Shown one piece after another: positions 1 to 9,080 of a stretch of DNA of 32,000 bases. The number at the start of each line of letters is the position of its first letter. The stretch's first letter is position 1. The notes under the pieces are model-generated. The model searched no databases. It was not told the DNA's origin and saw only the letters and a list, made by a program, of their open reading frames with translations. The translations under genes were made by a program, and so were the position numbers. The stretch comes from Wolbachia endosymbiont of Armadillidium arcangelii. GTDB lineage: Bacteria > Pseudomonadota > Alphaproteobacteria > Rickettsiales > Anaplasmataceae. Location: the NCBI RefSeq assembly GCF_040207875.1, contig NZ_CP157942.1:1458001-1490000 (forward strand). The letters run 5' to 3'.

Positions 1-240
1 AACCTTAGGGGTATCAGTGTGAATAACCATCCCTTCTGTAACTGGCATTGCACAAGAGGCTACTGGTTTTGGAGGTCCACCCTCGACTTCAACCAAACAC
101 ATTCTGCAGTTACCAGCAATTGCTAAACGCTCATGATAACAAAAACGTGGAATTTCAACGCCCACGACTTCACAAGCTTGAATTATAGTGAGCCCATACT
201 CTACTTCACATTCCTTAGAATTAATAGTAACTTTAACCAC
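1..240 (-). CDS. nuoG: NADH-quinone oxidoreductase subunit G, N-terminal 2Fe-2S region (3' part lies beyond the window edge)
   Basis: Minus-strand translation from GTG at 240: [80 protein letters not shown]. This carries the classic NuoG/NDUFS1 N-terminal motifs (FCYH, GNCRMC, ASC). Confidence 0.85.
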   Translation of the reverse strand, partial: MVKVTINSKECEVEYGLTIIQACEVVGVEIPRFCYHERLAIAGNCRMCLVEVEGGPPKPVASCAMPVTEGMVIHTDTPKV

Positions 241-245
241 AACTA

Positions 246-458
246 TTATACAGCTTCCCACTTTATAGGATTGCCGCTTATCTCATCTTCAACCAGATTG
301 CCGTTGTCATATTGAGCAGACATATAATTCATGCGCGAGTCACGATCTATATATCTAACAGGTTTTACCGGTTTATCTTTATACATTTTTTGCTCGGCTT
401 TCTTACGCTGAGTAGGGTTATTTTTACTAGCTGTCTTTGCTTTCCCACCTGCTGCCAT
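246..458 (-). CDS. small basic hypothetical protein (70 aa) immediately upstream of nuoG
   Basis: ATG ORF whose TAA stop (246-248) lies 5 nt before the nuoG GTG, suggesting co-transcription. The N-terminus is Lys/Arg-rich. No family recognised. Confidence 0.45.
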   Translation of the reverse strand: MAAGGKAKTASKNNPTQRKKAEQKMYKDKPVKPVRYIDRDSRMNYMSAQYDNGNLVEDEISGNPIKWEAV

Positions 459-581
459 ATAAACTCCTAAAAACTTCTCATTTTATTTTAACACTTAAGT
501 ATATAGCGTCAATATTTAATAACTTTAAAATTTCAATAGATCTCTTATTGTAATTATTGTTTAAATAAAAAGTTACCCCTT

Positions 582-605
582 GATATCATTCCAGCGCTTG
601 ACCAG
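582..605. repeat. half copy of the palindromic MITE-like element (WPE/RPE-like)
   Basis: gatatcattccagcgcttgaccag matches one arm of the repeat consensus seen at 7 other loci. It lies about 90 nt downstream of the pepA stop. Confidence 0.6.
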
Positions 606-696
606 AAAAAAAGAAATATGTATCAGCTACTTTCATTTGCTGCGCCTCGAAAATAAACGTTCATGTAGCCAAGCCATAAATCCAGTATAAAGACCT

Positions 697-2235
697 TTAA
701 TCATTGGCTTCGTAGTACTTTTTAACCAACTTATTAAGTAACCTTACACCAAAACCTACTGCTCCTCTTGGACAAATGTCAGTACCTTTTTCGTGCCAAG
801 CAGTGCCTGCGATATCTAAATGTGCCCAGCAAGTTTCATTCACAAAACGCTGTAAAAACTGTGCAGCCATTATGCTATCTCCACCAGAGCCTGCAGGAGC
901 GATGTTTTGAACATCAGCAATCGGTGAATCAATAATTTTGTCATAAGTTTCATTCATAGGAAAACGCCATAACTTCTCATTTACTTCATTTCCTGAATCG
1001 ATTAGACGGTTTGCTAATTCATCATTATTTGAAAAAAGACCAGCATATTCGTTATTTCCAAGTGCAACCACTATAGCACCAGTTAAAGTTGCAAGATCAA
1101 TCATAAATTTTGGTGAGAATCTGTCTTGTGTATACCATAAAGCATCTGCAAGTATGAGCCTTCCTTCTGCATCGGTGTTCAACACTTCTATTGTCTGTCC
1201 AGACATTGAAGTTACTACATCACTTGGTCTTTGAGCATTACCACCTACTGCATTTTCTGCAAGTGCAACCACACCGATCGCATTTACTTTTGCTTTTCGT
1301 CCTGCTAAAGCATTCATCACCCCAACCACAGTAGCAGAGCCTGCCATGTCATATTTCATCGACTCCATACCACGTGAAGGTTTGAGTGATACTCCACCAG
1401 TGTCAAACGTTATACCTTTACCAACAAAAGCAATTGGCTTTTGTTCTTTAGCAGCCCCATTCCATTTTATCACTACTAATTTTGGTTCTTTACTACTTCC
1501 TTGTGCGACTCCAAGCAAGGCTCCCATTTTTTTCTTTTCCATCTGCTTTTTATCAAGCACTTCGATTTCAAGGCCAAGCTTAGTAAGTTCTTTTTTTATA
1601 TGATCAGCATAAGATTCTGGATATAGAATGTTAGGAGGCTCTGTTATAAAAAAGCGCGCGAGGAATATACTCTCACCTTCTTGTCTTAAGTGCTCAAATG
1701 ATCTTTCAGCATTACTTAATTGCTCATCTTTTACTAATACGGTAATCTCCTCTACCTCTGTAGTTTTCTCATCCTTTTTAGTTTTATACTTATCAAACTT
1801 AAAACTACGCAGAAATGCACCATATGCAACATTTGCTACACTACCTTCGATTAAAACCGCTGCTTTCTTGATTTTTAATCTGCTTAGCTCACAATATATT
1901 TTACCACCAATATTTAATTCTTTATTTTCATTCCATTCATCCTTCTTCCCAAGCCCAATAACTATGACATTTTTTTCTTCTGGCAAAGTAATAGAGAAAA
2001 ATTCACCAAAACTTCCATTGAAATCGCTAAATTGCTTTATATTATCTATGATCTGTTTTCCTTGCAAAACCCCGCCATCATTTACGGTTTCGTTATCCTC
2101 AAATAAACCCATTACTATTGTTTTAAAATTGGGCGAAATTTTAGAAATTGTTATTTTCATTGCTGGCATCTCCGTTGCAAATAATTGTAAACTGTACATA
2201 AAACATAGCAAAAACATCAGTAAGATATTTTTCAT
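697..2235 (-). CDS. pepA: leucyl aminopeptidase, M17 family (start ambiguous: 2289, 2235 or 2160)
   Basis: M17 signature NTDAEGRLILADAL plus VGKGITFDTGG and MKYDMAGSA. The ATG at 2235 is preceded by AGGA. An alternative ATG at 2160 (MKITIS) is preceded by GGAG. Confidence 0.9.
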   Translation of the reverse strand: MKNILLMFLLCFMYSLQLFATEMPAMKITISKISPNFKTIVMGLFEDNETVNDGGVLQGKQIIDNIKQFSDFNGSFGEFFSITLPEEKNVIVIGLGKKDEWNENKELNIGGKIYCELSRLKIKKAAVLIEGSVANVAYGAFLRSFKFDKYKTKKDEKTTEVEEITVLVKDEQLSNAERSFEHLRQEGESIFLARFFITEPPNILYPESYADHIKKELTKLGLEIEVLDKKQMEKKKMGALLGVAQGSSKEPKLVVIKWNGAAKEQKPIAFVGKGITFDTGGVSLKPSRGMESMKYDMAGSATVVGVMNALAGRKAKVNAIGVVALAENAVGGNAQRPSDVVTSMSGQTIEVLNTDAEGRLILADALWYTQDRFSPKFMIDLATLTGAIVVALGNNEYAGLFSNNDELANRLIDSGNEVNEKLWRFPMNETYDKIIDSPIADVQNIAPAGSGGDSIMAAQFLQRFVNETCWAHLDIAGTAWHEKGTDICPRGAVGFGVRLLNKLVKKYYEAND

Positions 2236-2295
2236 ATACATCCTAAGTACAATAACACTCAAGTTTACTATGGACTCCCTTACATGCAAGGGTTT

Positions 2296-2937
2296 TTATC
2301 TTTTATTAGAGAACTTATTATATCCGCCCAAGGTAATGTTAAACATATAGGTTTTTATGACCTGATCACTGTAAGTAAATGGTGTTATGAGAAGGCTTGC
2401 AAGCCCGTTACTAACAAAATCTTCAAGAACAGGATCAGCACAATTATCGCAATTATGGTCAGCAAAAAACATTTGCGTTGTGAATTCTGGAAAATCTGGA
2501 TGTTGAACTAGAAAGTTAATATGTGGAGCTCTATCACCAATTTTACCAGGTGCTATCGTAATAAAATTATAATAGCCAAGATTATTCACTACAAACCTTC
2601 CTGATCCAGCAAAATTCGGATCATCCTCTATATTCTTATCGTAATGGTTCACGCCGCGTGAATTCGCGTGCCATATAGAAACTACAGCATTTTGTATTGG
2701 TAAACAGTTTATATCAGTAATTCTACCCACTATGTGTATTAATTCTCCTGTTGCACTATTTGGAGAACCAGGTTTCCTTCTTAAATTGTTTGAAGAGCTA
2801 AAATTTTTTGGCCTTGCATCAAGGTCATATATTTCTGGAGTTTCAATGCAGTTGAGCAAAACAGGATCAGCTGCAAATAGCGGCAAACTGAATACCGTTT
2901 GTACTAAAAGCGCTAATAAGATATTTTTCACATTCAT
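2296..2937 (-). CDS. secreted intradiol-dioxygenase-fold protein (protocatechuate 3,4-dioxygenase beta-like) with signal peptide
   Basis: N-terminal MNVKNILLALLVQTVFSLPLFA looks like a signal peptide. The core GRITDINCLPIQNAVVSIWHANSRG...DPNFAGSGRFVVNNLGYYNFITIAPG...APHINF follows the intradiol dioxygenase pattern. Confidence 0.7.
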   Translation of the reverse strand: MNVKNILLALLVQTVFSLPLFAADPVLLNCIETPEIYDLDARPKNFSSSNNLRRKPGSPNSATGELIHIVGRITDINCLPIQNAVVSIWHANSRGVNHYDKNIEDDPNFAGSGRFVVNNLGYYNFITIAPGKIGDRAPHINFLVQHPDFPEFTTQMFFADHNCDNCADPVLEDFVSNGLASLLITPFTYSDQVIKTYMFNITLGGYNKFSNKR

Positions 2938-3320
2938 TTCATTTATAATAGACTTCTTGCATAACCATATAACAAACTTTTATTGGGAATAGAAACAAAA
3001 AACTTACTTGACAAACCTCTCCAGCCCCCTTACCATGAAACTGAAGGTATTCAGTTATCTTCATTTGTGCAGGTTAAACAGCAAGAAAACAACGTAGTTG
3101 GCGTCTTATTTTTAATTTTTTGCACTATGTGCACCTTATGTCTTCACAACATTTCTGGGTTTTTACCTATATAAGCTGAAACGCGCTTATAAGTCGTTTA
3201 AGACAGTATAGTACGCCAATTTGCAGGATTAGAGAGTGACAACTAGCTAACACGGGGTTTCTTTTGCCTTTTTTTATTTGGTAAATTCCTTAATATTTAT
3301 GGCTAAAGGAGCCCAAGATA

Positions 3321-3438
3321 GGTGTCATTCCAGTGCTTGACACACAGCTGTACGAACATTATCCGTAAAGAGATGTCATCCCAGTCTGGGATCCAATAAG
3401 AAAATCTGGTCACGCGCTGGAACTCTTCGAATTCCAGT
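3321..3438. repeat. cluster of palindromic MITE-like elements (WPE/RPE-like), degenerate
   Basis: ggtgtcattccagtgcttgacac (3321), gatgtcatcccagtctgggatcc (3372) and ctggaactcttcgaattccag (about 3417). The cluster starts 26 nt downstream of the folA stop. Confidence 0.7.
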
Positions 3439-3465
3439 TATGCAAAATGCTTTCAATACGATAAG

Positions 3466-3936
3466 TTACTTCAATAATTTGCATATAGTATAATCTTGTG
3501 TTTTGGTAAGAATAGTTTTATTCCATCCATCAAGGAGTGTTAAATTGAAATACGTATCACCTTTATAAGTTTTATGAATTTCAGTCATAATAAATTCTGA
3601 GATTAGGTTATGCTCTAAAAAAAGATGTACTATCTGCGCTCCACCAATCACAAAAATTTGAGAACTACTTTTAATCAACAGAAACTCTTGCATAGAAGAA
3701 ACGACAGTACATTTTGGGCCTCTATTAAAACACTTGTTACGAGAGAAAACAATAGGTGTACGATTCTTTAATATGCTTTTAGGTATAGTTTCAAATGTCT
3801 TTCTTCCCATCACAATAATTTGTTTGTCAGTCACTTGACAAAAATGTTTGAACTCACTTGGATAATGCCAAGGCAAATCATTATTTATTCCAATTACCCC
3901 ATGAGGGTCAACAGCCATAATTCCAATAATCTTCAT
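3466..3936 (-). CDS. folA: dihydrofolate reductase
   Basis: MKIIGIMAVDPHGVIGINNDLPWHYPSEFKHFCQVT...IIVMGRKTFETIP and VIGGAQI are DHFR hallmarks. The start overlaps the folKP stop (ATGA). Confidence 0.9.
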   Translation of the reverse strand: MKIIGIMAVDPHGVIGINNDLPWHYPSEFKHFCQVTDKQIIVMGRKTFETIPKSILKNRTPIVFSRNKCFNRGPKCTVVSSMQEFLLIKSSSQIFVIGGAQIVHLFLEHNLISEFIMTEIHKTYKGDTYFNLTLLDGWNKTILTKTQDYTICKLLK

Positions 3937-5186
3937 TCCTGTAAGACAGTTTGGGCTACAAAAAATCGCATGTGATCACGCACATTATGCACTCGAAGGA
4001 AATCAACCTTATTTTGTAGTATAGCTGATGTAGCAATTGTTTCTAAATCTCTATTAGAGGCAGGTTCTGTGGAAAAAGAAGAAATAAATGACTTTCTGGA
4101 ATGGCCAACTAAAACCTTGCAGCCAAAATTTTGTAACGTTTCTATACTGCGTAAAATCTGAATATTCTGATACATAGATTTGCCAAAACCAATACCGGGG
4201 TCAATAATTATTGAATTTTCATCAAAACCCAGGCCTAGTAGTCTGTTAATGTTCTTCTCTGCCCAATTATTCATGATATCAATTGAGTCAGTGTCATGTG
4301 GAATAATGTTGTCCTTATGTGGTGGTATGGAGAGTGAATGCATAATAACGATACTACATCCACTGCTAGCAATTGCTTTTAGAGTATGGTCATTCAGATC
4401 TCCCTTCTGATCGTTTACCCAGGCAATGTTGTAGTGCTTCAAAACGTTTAAAATAACGTCTGGCCAAAAACTATCAATGCTGACTTTAATATCACCAGCT
4501 TTCATATAATCACTAAGATTATCAAGTACTGGCTTTAGACGTGCATACTCTTTCTCTGGCGTCTGTATTGAAGCTCCAGGTCTTGTTGATTGAGCCCCAA
4601 GATCAACTATGCTTGCACCATCTGATACCAGTTGCAATGCCTGCTTGGTTGCTCGATCTGCATCATAATAAAGACCACCATCTGAAAATGAATCAGGGGT
4701 AATGTTGACAATACCCATAAGCTTTGGTGAGAGCGTAAAACTTTTTGAAAAACAGTTTTGAACATTAGAAGCAAATGTTTTGTTAACTATTGCCATCAAG
4801 TGGAGCAAAAATGGTCTATTTACCAATTCTGGGTGAGGAATTTTAAGGTCAGGTGTGTCGAGCGTTAAGTCACCCCATAACAAAATATCCAAATCAATAA
4901 TGCGAGGTGCCCATTTTTCATAGACTTGTGAACGGCCAATGTCACATTCGATTTGTTTTAAGCCTTTTAATAGCTCCTCAGGAGAAGAAGAACAACTTCC
5001 ATAGACAATCATGTTGAGAAATGGCTTGTCCCAATCAGGTGGAGCACCATTTGGTAAAATAGCCTTAGTTTCTAGAATGATCGAAGACTTTAAGTCTTTT
5101 AAATAGCGCTCCTTCAGTAACTCAGTAGCCTTTTGTAAATGGGAAAGGCGATTCCCTATGTTTGAGCCAATAGAAATATAGATCAT
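3933..5186 (-). CDS. folKP: bifunctional HPPK / dihydropteroate synthase (FolK-FolP fusion)
   Basis: The N-terminal part (IYISIGSNIGNR...PRIIDLDILLWG) is HPPK. The C-terminal part (LMGIVNITPDSFSDGG...IVDLGAQSTRPG...DPGIGFGK) is DHPS/pterin-binding. Confidence 0.9.
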   Translation of the reverse strand: MIYISIGSNIGNRLSHLQKATELLKERYLKDLKSSIILETKAILPNGAPPDWDKPFLNMIVYGSCSSSPEELLKGLKQIECDIGRSQVYEKWAPRIIDLDILLWGDLTLDTPDLKIPHPELVNRPFLLHLMAIVNKTFASNVQNCFSKSFTLSPKLMGIVNITPDSFSDGGLYYDADRATKQALQLVSDGASIVDLGAQSTRPGASIQTPEKEYARLKPVLDNLSDYMKAGDIKVSIDSFWPDVILNVLKHYNIAWVNDQKGDLNDHTLKAIASSGCSIVIMHSLSIPPHKDNIIPHDTDSIDIMNNWAEKNINRLLGLGFDENSIIIDPGIGFGKSMYQNIQILRSIETLQNFGCKVLVGHSRKSFISSFSTEPASNRDLETIATSAILQNKVDFLRVHNVRDHMRFFVAQTVLQE

Positions 5187-5569
5187 TCTTGCAATTCATT
5201 ACAGTAAGTAAAAAAAACGCCCCCATGTACACCAGGAACTGGTGGTGCAGTTTTGTGAGTAGTTACCCTGACAGAAGAAATAATATGCTCTTTTTGCATC
5301 AAAAGGTCGTTAATCACCCTGTATATATCATGAGTTAAATGTTCGATTAAATTAAATTGCTTGCTCTGAACGAGAGATTGAATGTTCTGCACTACCTCCA
5401 AATAGCAAATAGTATCTTTAAGTTGATCAGTTGTAAGCCCTAAAGGAGGAGATTTAAAAGTGAAACCAACATCAATACTCACCAATTGGGGAGAAAACTT
5501 CTCTTCTGCGCTACATCCTAAATGAACCCAAAGCCGCAGATCAGATATAAGAAAATTACATACTACCAC
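5183..5569 (-). CDS. folB: dihydroneopterin aldolase family protein (FolB/FolX-like)
   Basis: 128 aa. The LRLWVHLGCSAEEKFSPQLVSIDV and later KTAPPVPG patterns resemble FolB/FolX. A 4-nt ATGA overlap with folKP and the operon context support the call. Confidence 0.7.
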   Translation of the reverse strand: MVVCNFLISDLRLWVHLGCSAEEKFSPQLVSIDVGFTFKSPPLGLTTDQLKDTICYLEVVQNIQSLVQSKQFNLIEHLTHDIYRVINDLLMQKEHIISSVRVTTHKTAPPVPGVHGGVFFTYCNELQE

Positions 5570-5591
5570 TGAATTTAGTATCTACTTATAA

Positions 5592-6242
5592 TTAATGACA
5601 AACGTTAATGCCATCAAGAAAACCCCATAAGAGTTTTGCTCCTTTTTTAGCACCTTGCATGACTTTCTCTTGCTCTTCTTCGCTTAAATCTGCAATAAGG
5701 TTTGCACATTCTTCAGAATGCCACTCATCAGCTTCCATATGAACGGTAAAAAATTTGAGAGAACGTTCGTCGTTTATTGAATAGTGTTTTTTCAGGCCTT
5801 CGATTTTAGACTTAGAAATTTCCGGAGTTTGACGTTCGTAAGCATACAAAGCTCCAAGACCTTCTGCAAAACCTGATCTTACAATGTCAAAATAACCATC
5901 AACTAATTCTTGCGTCTCCTTAACCTGTACATCTTCAAAAAGATTAGGCCTTGCTACTCCCAGCCCTTCAGCAAAACGCTGCCATAATTCTGGGTGATTC
6001 TCATCACCTTGTTCTTCCTCTATTAAATTACCAAGTAAAACTTGCCGCATCTTTAGACTTGAACATAAAGAATGTATACCGCTGATATAACGAGGAAAAG
6101 CAGCAACATGGTGATAATATTCCTTAGCATAGGTTTGTAAAGCCTGCATGCTTAAGCTACCTTCATTCCATGACTGGTAAAACGGATGTTTTAATAAGTG
6201 TAAACTATCTAATTGATTATTAAGTGATTGAACAAATGTCAT
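5592..6242 (-). CDS. heme-oxygenase-like di-iron protein of the CADD/PqqC-like family, probable p-aminobenzoate synthase
   Basis: HPFYQSWNEGSLSMQALQTYAKEYYHHV, EEEQGDENH, YAYERQ and VHMEADEWH give an E..H / E / H-x3-D-x2-H ligand pattern, matching Chlamydia CADD (CT610) as I recall it. It is the first gene of the fol cluster. Confidence 0.75.
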   Translation of the reverse strand: MTFVQSLNNQLDSLHLLKHPFYQSWNEGSLSMQALQTYAKEYYHHVAAFPRYISGIHSLCSSLKMRQVLLGNLIEEEQGDENHPELWQRFAEGLGVARPNLFEDVQVKETQELVDGYFDIVRSGFAEGLGALYAYERQTPEISKSKIEGLKKHYSINDERSLKFFTVHMEADEWHSEECANLIADLSEEEQEKVMQGAKKGAKLLWGFLDGINVCH

Positions 6243-6625
6243 AAATAAACAAAAAACTATTTCAGGCTACGCTTAGGTTCACCAGATGTCAAGAGACATT
6301 TCTCACCACCTTATCTCCGATTACAGAATTGTGCTCATCAAGTGAGCATAATTCCTGAGCTAATTTCACTCTTTTTAGAATTCACAGATCGAAAAGAAGG
6401 GATTGCTCAATCAAGAGAAACAACCAAAGATAAAAGCAGAAACGATATATGAAGAGAATGGTAAGAAAGAAATAAAGAAAAAGAAACAGTGTTTCAGTGA
6501 TGTAAAGGATTATTCAATGAGTCAGAATATAACTCAAAAACTAACGGATTTAGAGGTAAAGAAAAATTTTAATACCTCCACTAAGATAATTTGCCACTAG
6601 ACCCTTATTTTTTTCTACACTTTCT

Positions 6626-6846
6626 CTATAAAAACCATAGGCGCCTATAAAGTAAAGGTCAAGTATCTGGAATTCTGGACATAAAACCCTCCTGTATAAA
6701 AAATAAAATGCAGCGCACATACGACAGATATACACTGAAGTTTATTGAAAAATTGACCGAAAAGTCTGCAGACAAAAATAAATTAAGCTCTTAAAAATAT
6801 CTCTAATTATAATTAGATTCAAAATATGCGGAAGTAATTTTTTTAC
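6626..6846. repeat. left arm of imperfect long inverted repeat (partner at 9899-10166)
   Basis: Blocks aaagtaaaggtcaagtatctggaattctggacataaaaccctcctgtataaaaaa, gcgcacatacgacaga, aaagtctgcagac and aaaatatgcggaagtaattttttt all recur, reverse-complemented and in the same order, at 9899-10166. Confidence 0.8.
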
Positions 6847-6956
6847 AATATAATGGAATTTTACAGACACTAACAATTGCAATGCTGCGCACTGTAACAA
6901 CACAAAAAAACTTATGTAAGAGGGTGGTCCTGAAATTTTGTTCTAGAAAAATGTAA

Positions 6957-7985
6957 TCACAATCTACTGCAACTTAATTCTGCTTCAGGTATAACTGAAG
7001 TTATCTCAAACATTTGCGTAGTTGCCCTAGTATCGCAAAATGTGCTTTCTTGAAAATAATGCAATCTATTTTCCAATATATTTCTTTCTTCTACATAACT
7101 GTCTGATTCTTTATTCAAACTAGAATTTTTTTCTTCATACTTGGAAAGTATTGTATCGATCAAATAATTAAAAAATAATATTAGACCCGTAGTGTTGGAG
7201 AGCAATGCAAGAGAATAATATAACATATCTTTGCTCACTTCTTCACTTATTATGTCATGAGAATTTCTATACATTCTAAAACAAGAGCCAAAAGCTGCTA
7301 AGCATACACAAATAAATTTTGTTCTGCTCAGGACAGACTTAACTCGCACTAATTTTTTATTGTTATCTTCTAATCTTGTACGCAACTTACTAATTTTACT
7401 ACTATAGTGCTCAATAAACAATTCTATTGCCTCTTTGTCATTAGCATAATTATATGCTTTATAAGATTCCTTATCCATAAGTTCAGTATCTATATCCCTT
7501 GATTTTAGAAGCTTTTTGATTGCTTCATTCTTGCGAAGAAGCACAGCTTCGTGTAGAGGTGTGTACTCACTTTCAACATCTTTCCTTCTGTTAATATTTT
7601 CACGAGTTAAGTAGTCGAAAAGAGCTGAAAGACATTCTGAATTATTACCCTCAATAGCCAGAGTAATTACATCTTTTCCATCTTTATTCTTAGCATTGAT
7701 AATTTTAGAAAGCGGCTTTTCATTCTCTTGATTACGTTCAAAATACTTGCACTTATAGAATGTATTCGAAAGATATGGTTCTTTAAGAAGACATAAAAGT
7801 TTTTCTACAAAGCTAATACGATTTTTTTTAACAGCTACATGTAAAGGTGTGTCCTGATTTTTCTCATCTTGCAACGATAAGACATCATACAAACAAGCGT
7901 TTGTATGTAGAAAATTAATCTCTTGGTCAAAATAGATATCAACTATGTTTAAAAATTTTTTATTTGTGTAATTTTGCAACTTCAT
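6957..7985 (-). CDS. ankyrin-repeat protein with C-terminal hydrophobic (TM) segments
   Basis: ANK motifs DTPLHVAVKKNRISFVEKLL and YTPLHEAVLLRKNEAIKKLL. Coiled-coil-like KISKLRTRLEDNNKKLVRVK. Hydrophobic FICVCLAAFGSCF and YYSLALLSNTTGLILFFNYLIDTIL. Confidence 0.8.
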   Translation of the reverse strand: MKLQNYTNKKFLNIVDIYFDQEINFLHTNACLYDVLSLQDEKNQDTPLHVAVKKNRISFVEKLLCLLKEPYLSNTFYKCKYFERNQENEKPLSKIINAKNKDGKDVITLAIEGNNSECLSALFDYLTRENINRRKDVESEYTPLHEAVLLRKNEAIKKLLKSRDIDTELMDKESYKAYNYANDKEAIELFIEHYSSKISKLRTRLEDNNKKLVRVKSVLSRTKFICVCLAAFGSCFRMYRNSHDIISEEVSKDMLYYSLALLSNTTGLILFFNYLIDTILSKYEEKNSSLNKESDSYVEERNILENRLHYFQESTFCDTRATTQMFEITSVIPEAELSCSRL

Positions 7986-8058
7986 ATGGGCAATAAAACC
8001 CCGTTTTGTCGTATAAGAATAGAATTTTATATCAAACAGCTACTACCTTGCTTAAGCC

Positions 8059-8103
8059 AATGAATATGTGCGTTTAGTGTGTGTGTGGACGCACATATTC
8101 ATT
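8059..8103. repeat. perfect 14-bp stem hairpin just downstream of the transposase ORF (IS end structure or terminator)
   Basis: aatgaatatgtgcg (8059-8072) is the exact reverse complement of cgcacatattcatt (8090-8103), with a 17-nt GT-rich loop. Confidence 0.7.
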
Positions 8104-8133
8104 AACTAATTTTAATTATTGCCATGTAAATTT

Positions 8134-9080
8134 CTAAACATGCAAATTAATTGCTTCTTTAAGTCTGGCATTGGCGATGACTATAATTTTACGCATAAGT
8201 GCAGTGAGTGCTACCATCTTTCTTTTACCACTATCAATAAGCTTACAATAAAAAGCAGCAAGTTCTGACTTGGAGTTTCTAGCAGCCATAGCAGCTGTGA
8301 AAAGCTTTGAACGAACGTTACTTCTTCCACCTATAATCCTTCGGTAACCAATAGCTTTACCACTTTCCTTAGGATGAGGTGCAACACCTGCAAGGCTTGC
8401 AACTTGCCTTTTGTTTAAGGAACCAAGTTCCGGTATAAGGCACAATAAACATTGAGAGGTTTTTCTACCTATTCCAGGAACTGTTTCAAGAATCTTCTGG
8501 TATCGGTTCAGTTCAGGGTTTTCATTGACTATTTTTTGTATAGCTTGATCAAGCTTTTCTACCTGATTATTGAGGAATTCAATAGTTTGTTGACAACTTT
8601 CCTTAATGTAATCATTTCCAGGAGTTTTAAGCCTATTTTTTCTTGAACAAGCATTTTTGTAATATCATCACGACGCTGACAAAGTGTAAATAAGGTGGTT
8701 TGTTCTTTTGAGATAGGTGTAAATAGCTGCAGACGTCCACAACGCTCAACACCATATTGGGCAAGCGCTTTTGCATCCAGATTGTCAGTCTTTGCCAAAG
8801 TTCCATGAGATAGAATGAAGTTTTTAACTTGACGAGTATTAGCACGATGCACAGCAATGTTTCTGTCAATAAGAAAATACAATAAGCCAAGCTCATAGCC
8901 TCCTGTAGCTTCTAAAATTATCATGGAATTGGGTAAGATATTTGAAAATTTTTGGTAAAATTGTTTCCAGCCAGAACAACTATTGTCAAACTTGATAACA
9001 CTTTTTTGTTCATTCACTGCAATAACAAATTCAAGTTTTCCGATATCAATGCCAATAAAATTTTGATAAGATATAACCAT
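8134..9080 (-). pseudogene. IS110-family (DEDD/RuvC-like + Tnp) transposase interrupted by one 1-nt frameshift in a homopolymer
   Basis: N-terminal frame: FIGIDIGK, ILEATGGYE, AKTDNLDAKALA (DEDD motifs). It ends after ...MLVQEK. The next frame continues NRLKTPGNDYIKE...VPGIGRKTSQCLLCLIPELGSLNKRQVASLAGVAPHPKESGK. The shift sits in the T6 run 8636-8641 (A6 on the coding strand); 7 would restore one ORF of about 316 aa. Confidence 0.85.

Noticed and set aside
133-315. 60-aa plus-strand ORF
   Set aside because: It is antisense to the nuoG N-terminus and the small upstream ORF, and has no supporting features.
1628-2350. 240-aa plus-strand ORF (also 1346-1603)
   Set aside because: It is entirely antisense to the well-supported pepA gene. 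The Ser/Leu/Phe-rich low-complexity translation is typical of the shadow frame of an AT-rich gene.
2938-3320. Roughly 380-bp ORF-free region examined for tmRNA, 6S, SRP or RNase P RNA
   Set aside because: I could find no T-arm-like GGTTCGA, SRP domain IV motif or other diagnostic element. There is only a weak 6-bp hairpin (3171-3190). It most likely holds the promoter or 5' UTR of the dioxygenase-like gene. A covariance-model scan would be needed to say more.
6403-6600. 65-aa Lys-rich plus-strand ORF
   Set aside because: It has a non-ATG start, no convincing ribosome-binding site and a low-complexity K/E composition. It lies in a repeat-rich intergenic region and may be a remnant at most.
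8633-8896. 87-aa minus-strand ORF inside the IS110 element
   Set aside because: It is an alternative frame overlapping the transposase N-terminal region, whose DEDD motifs identify the true frame.
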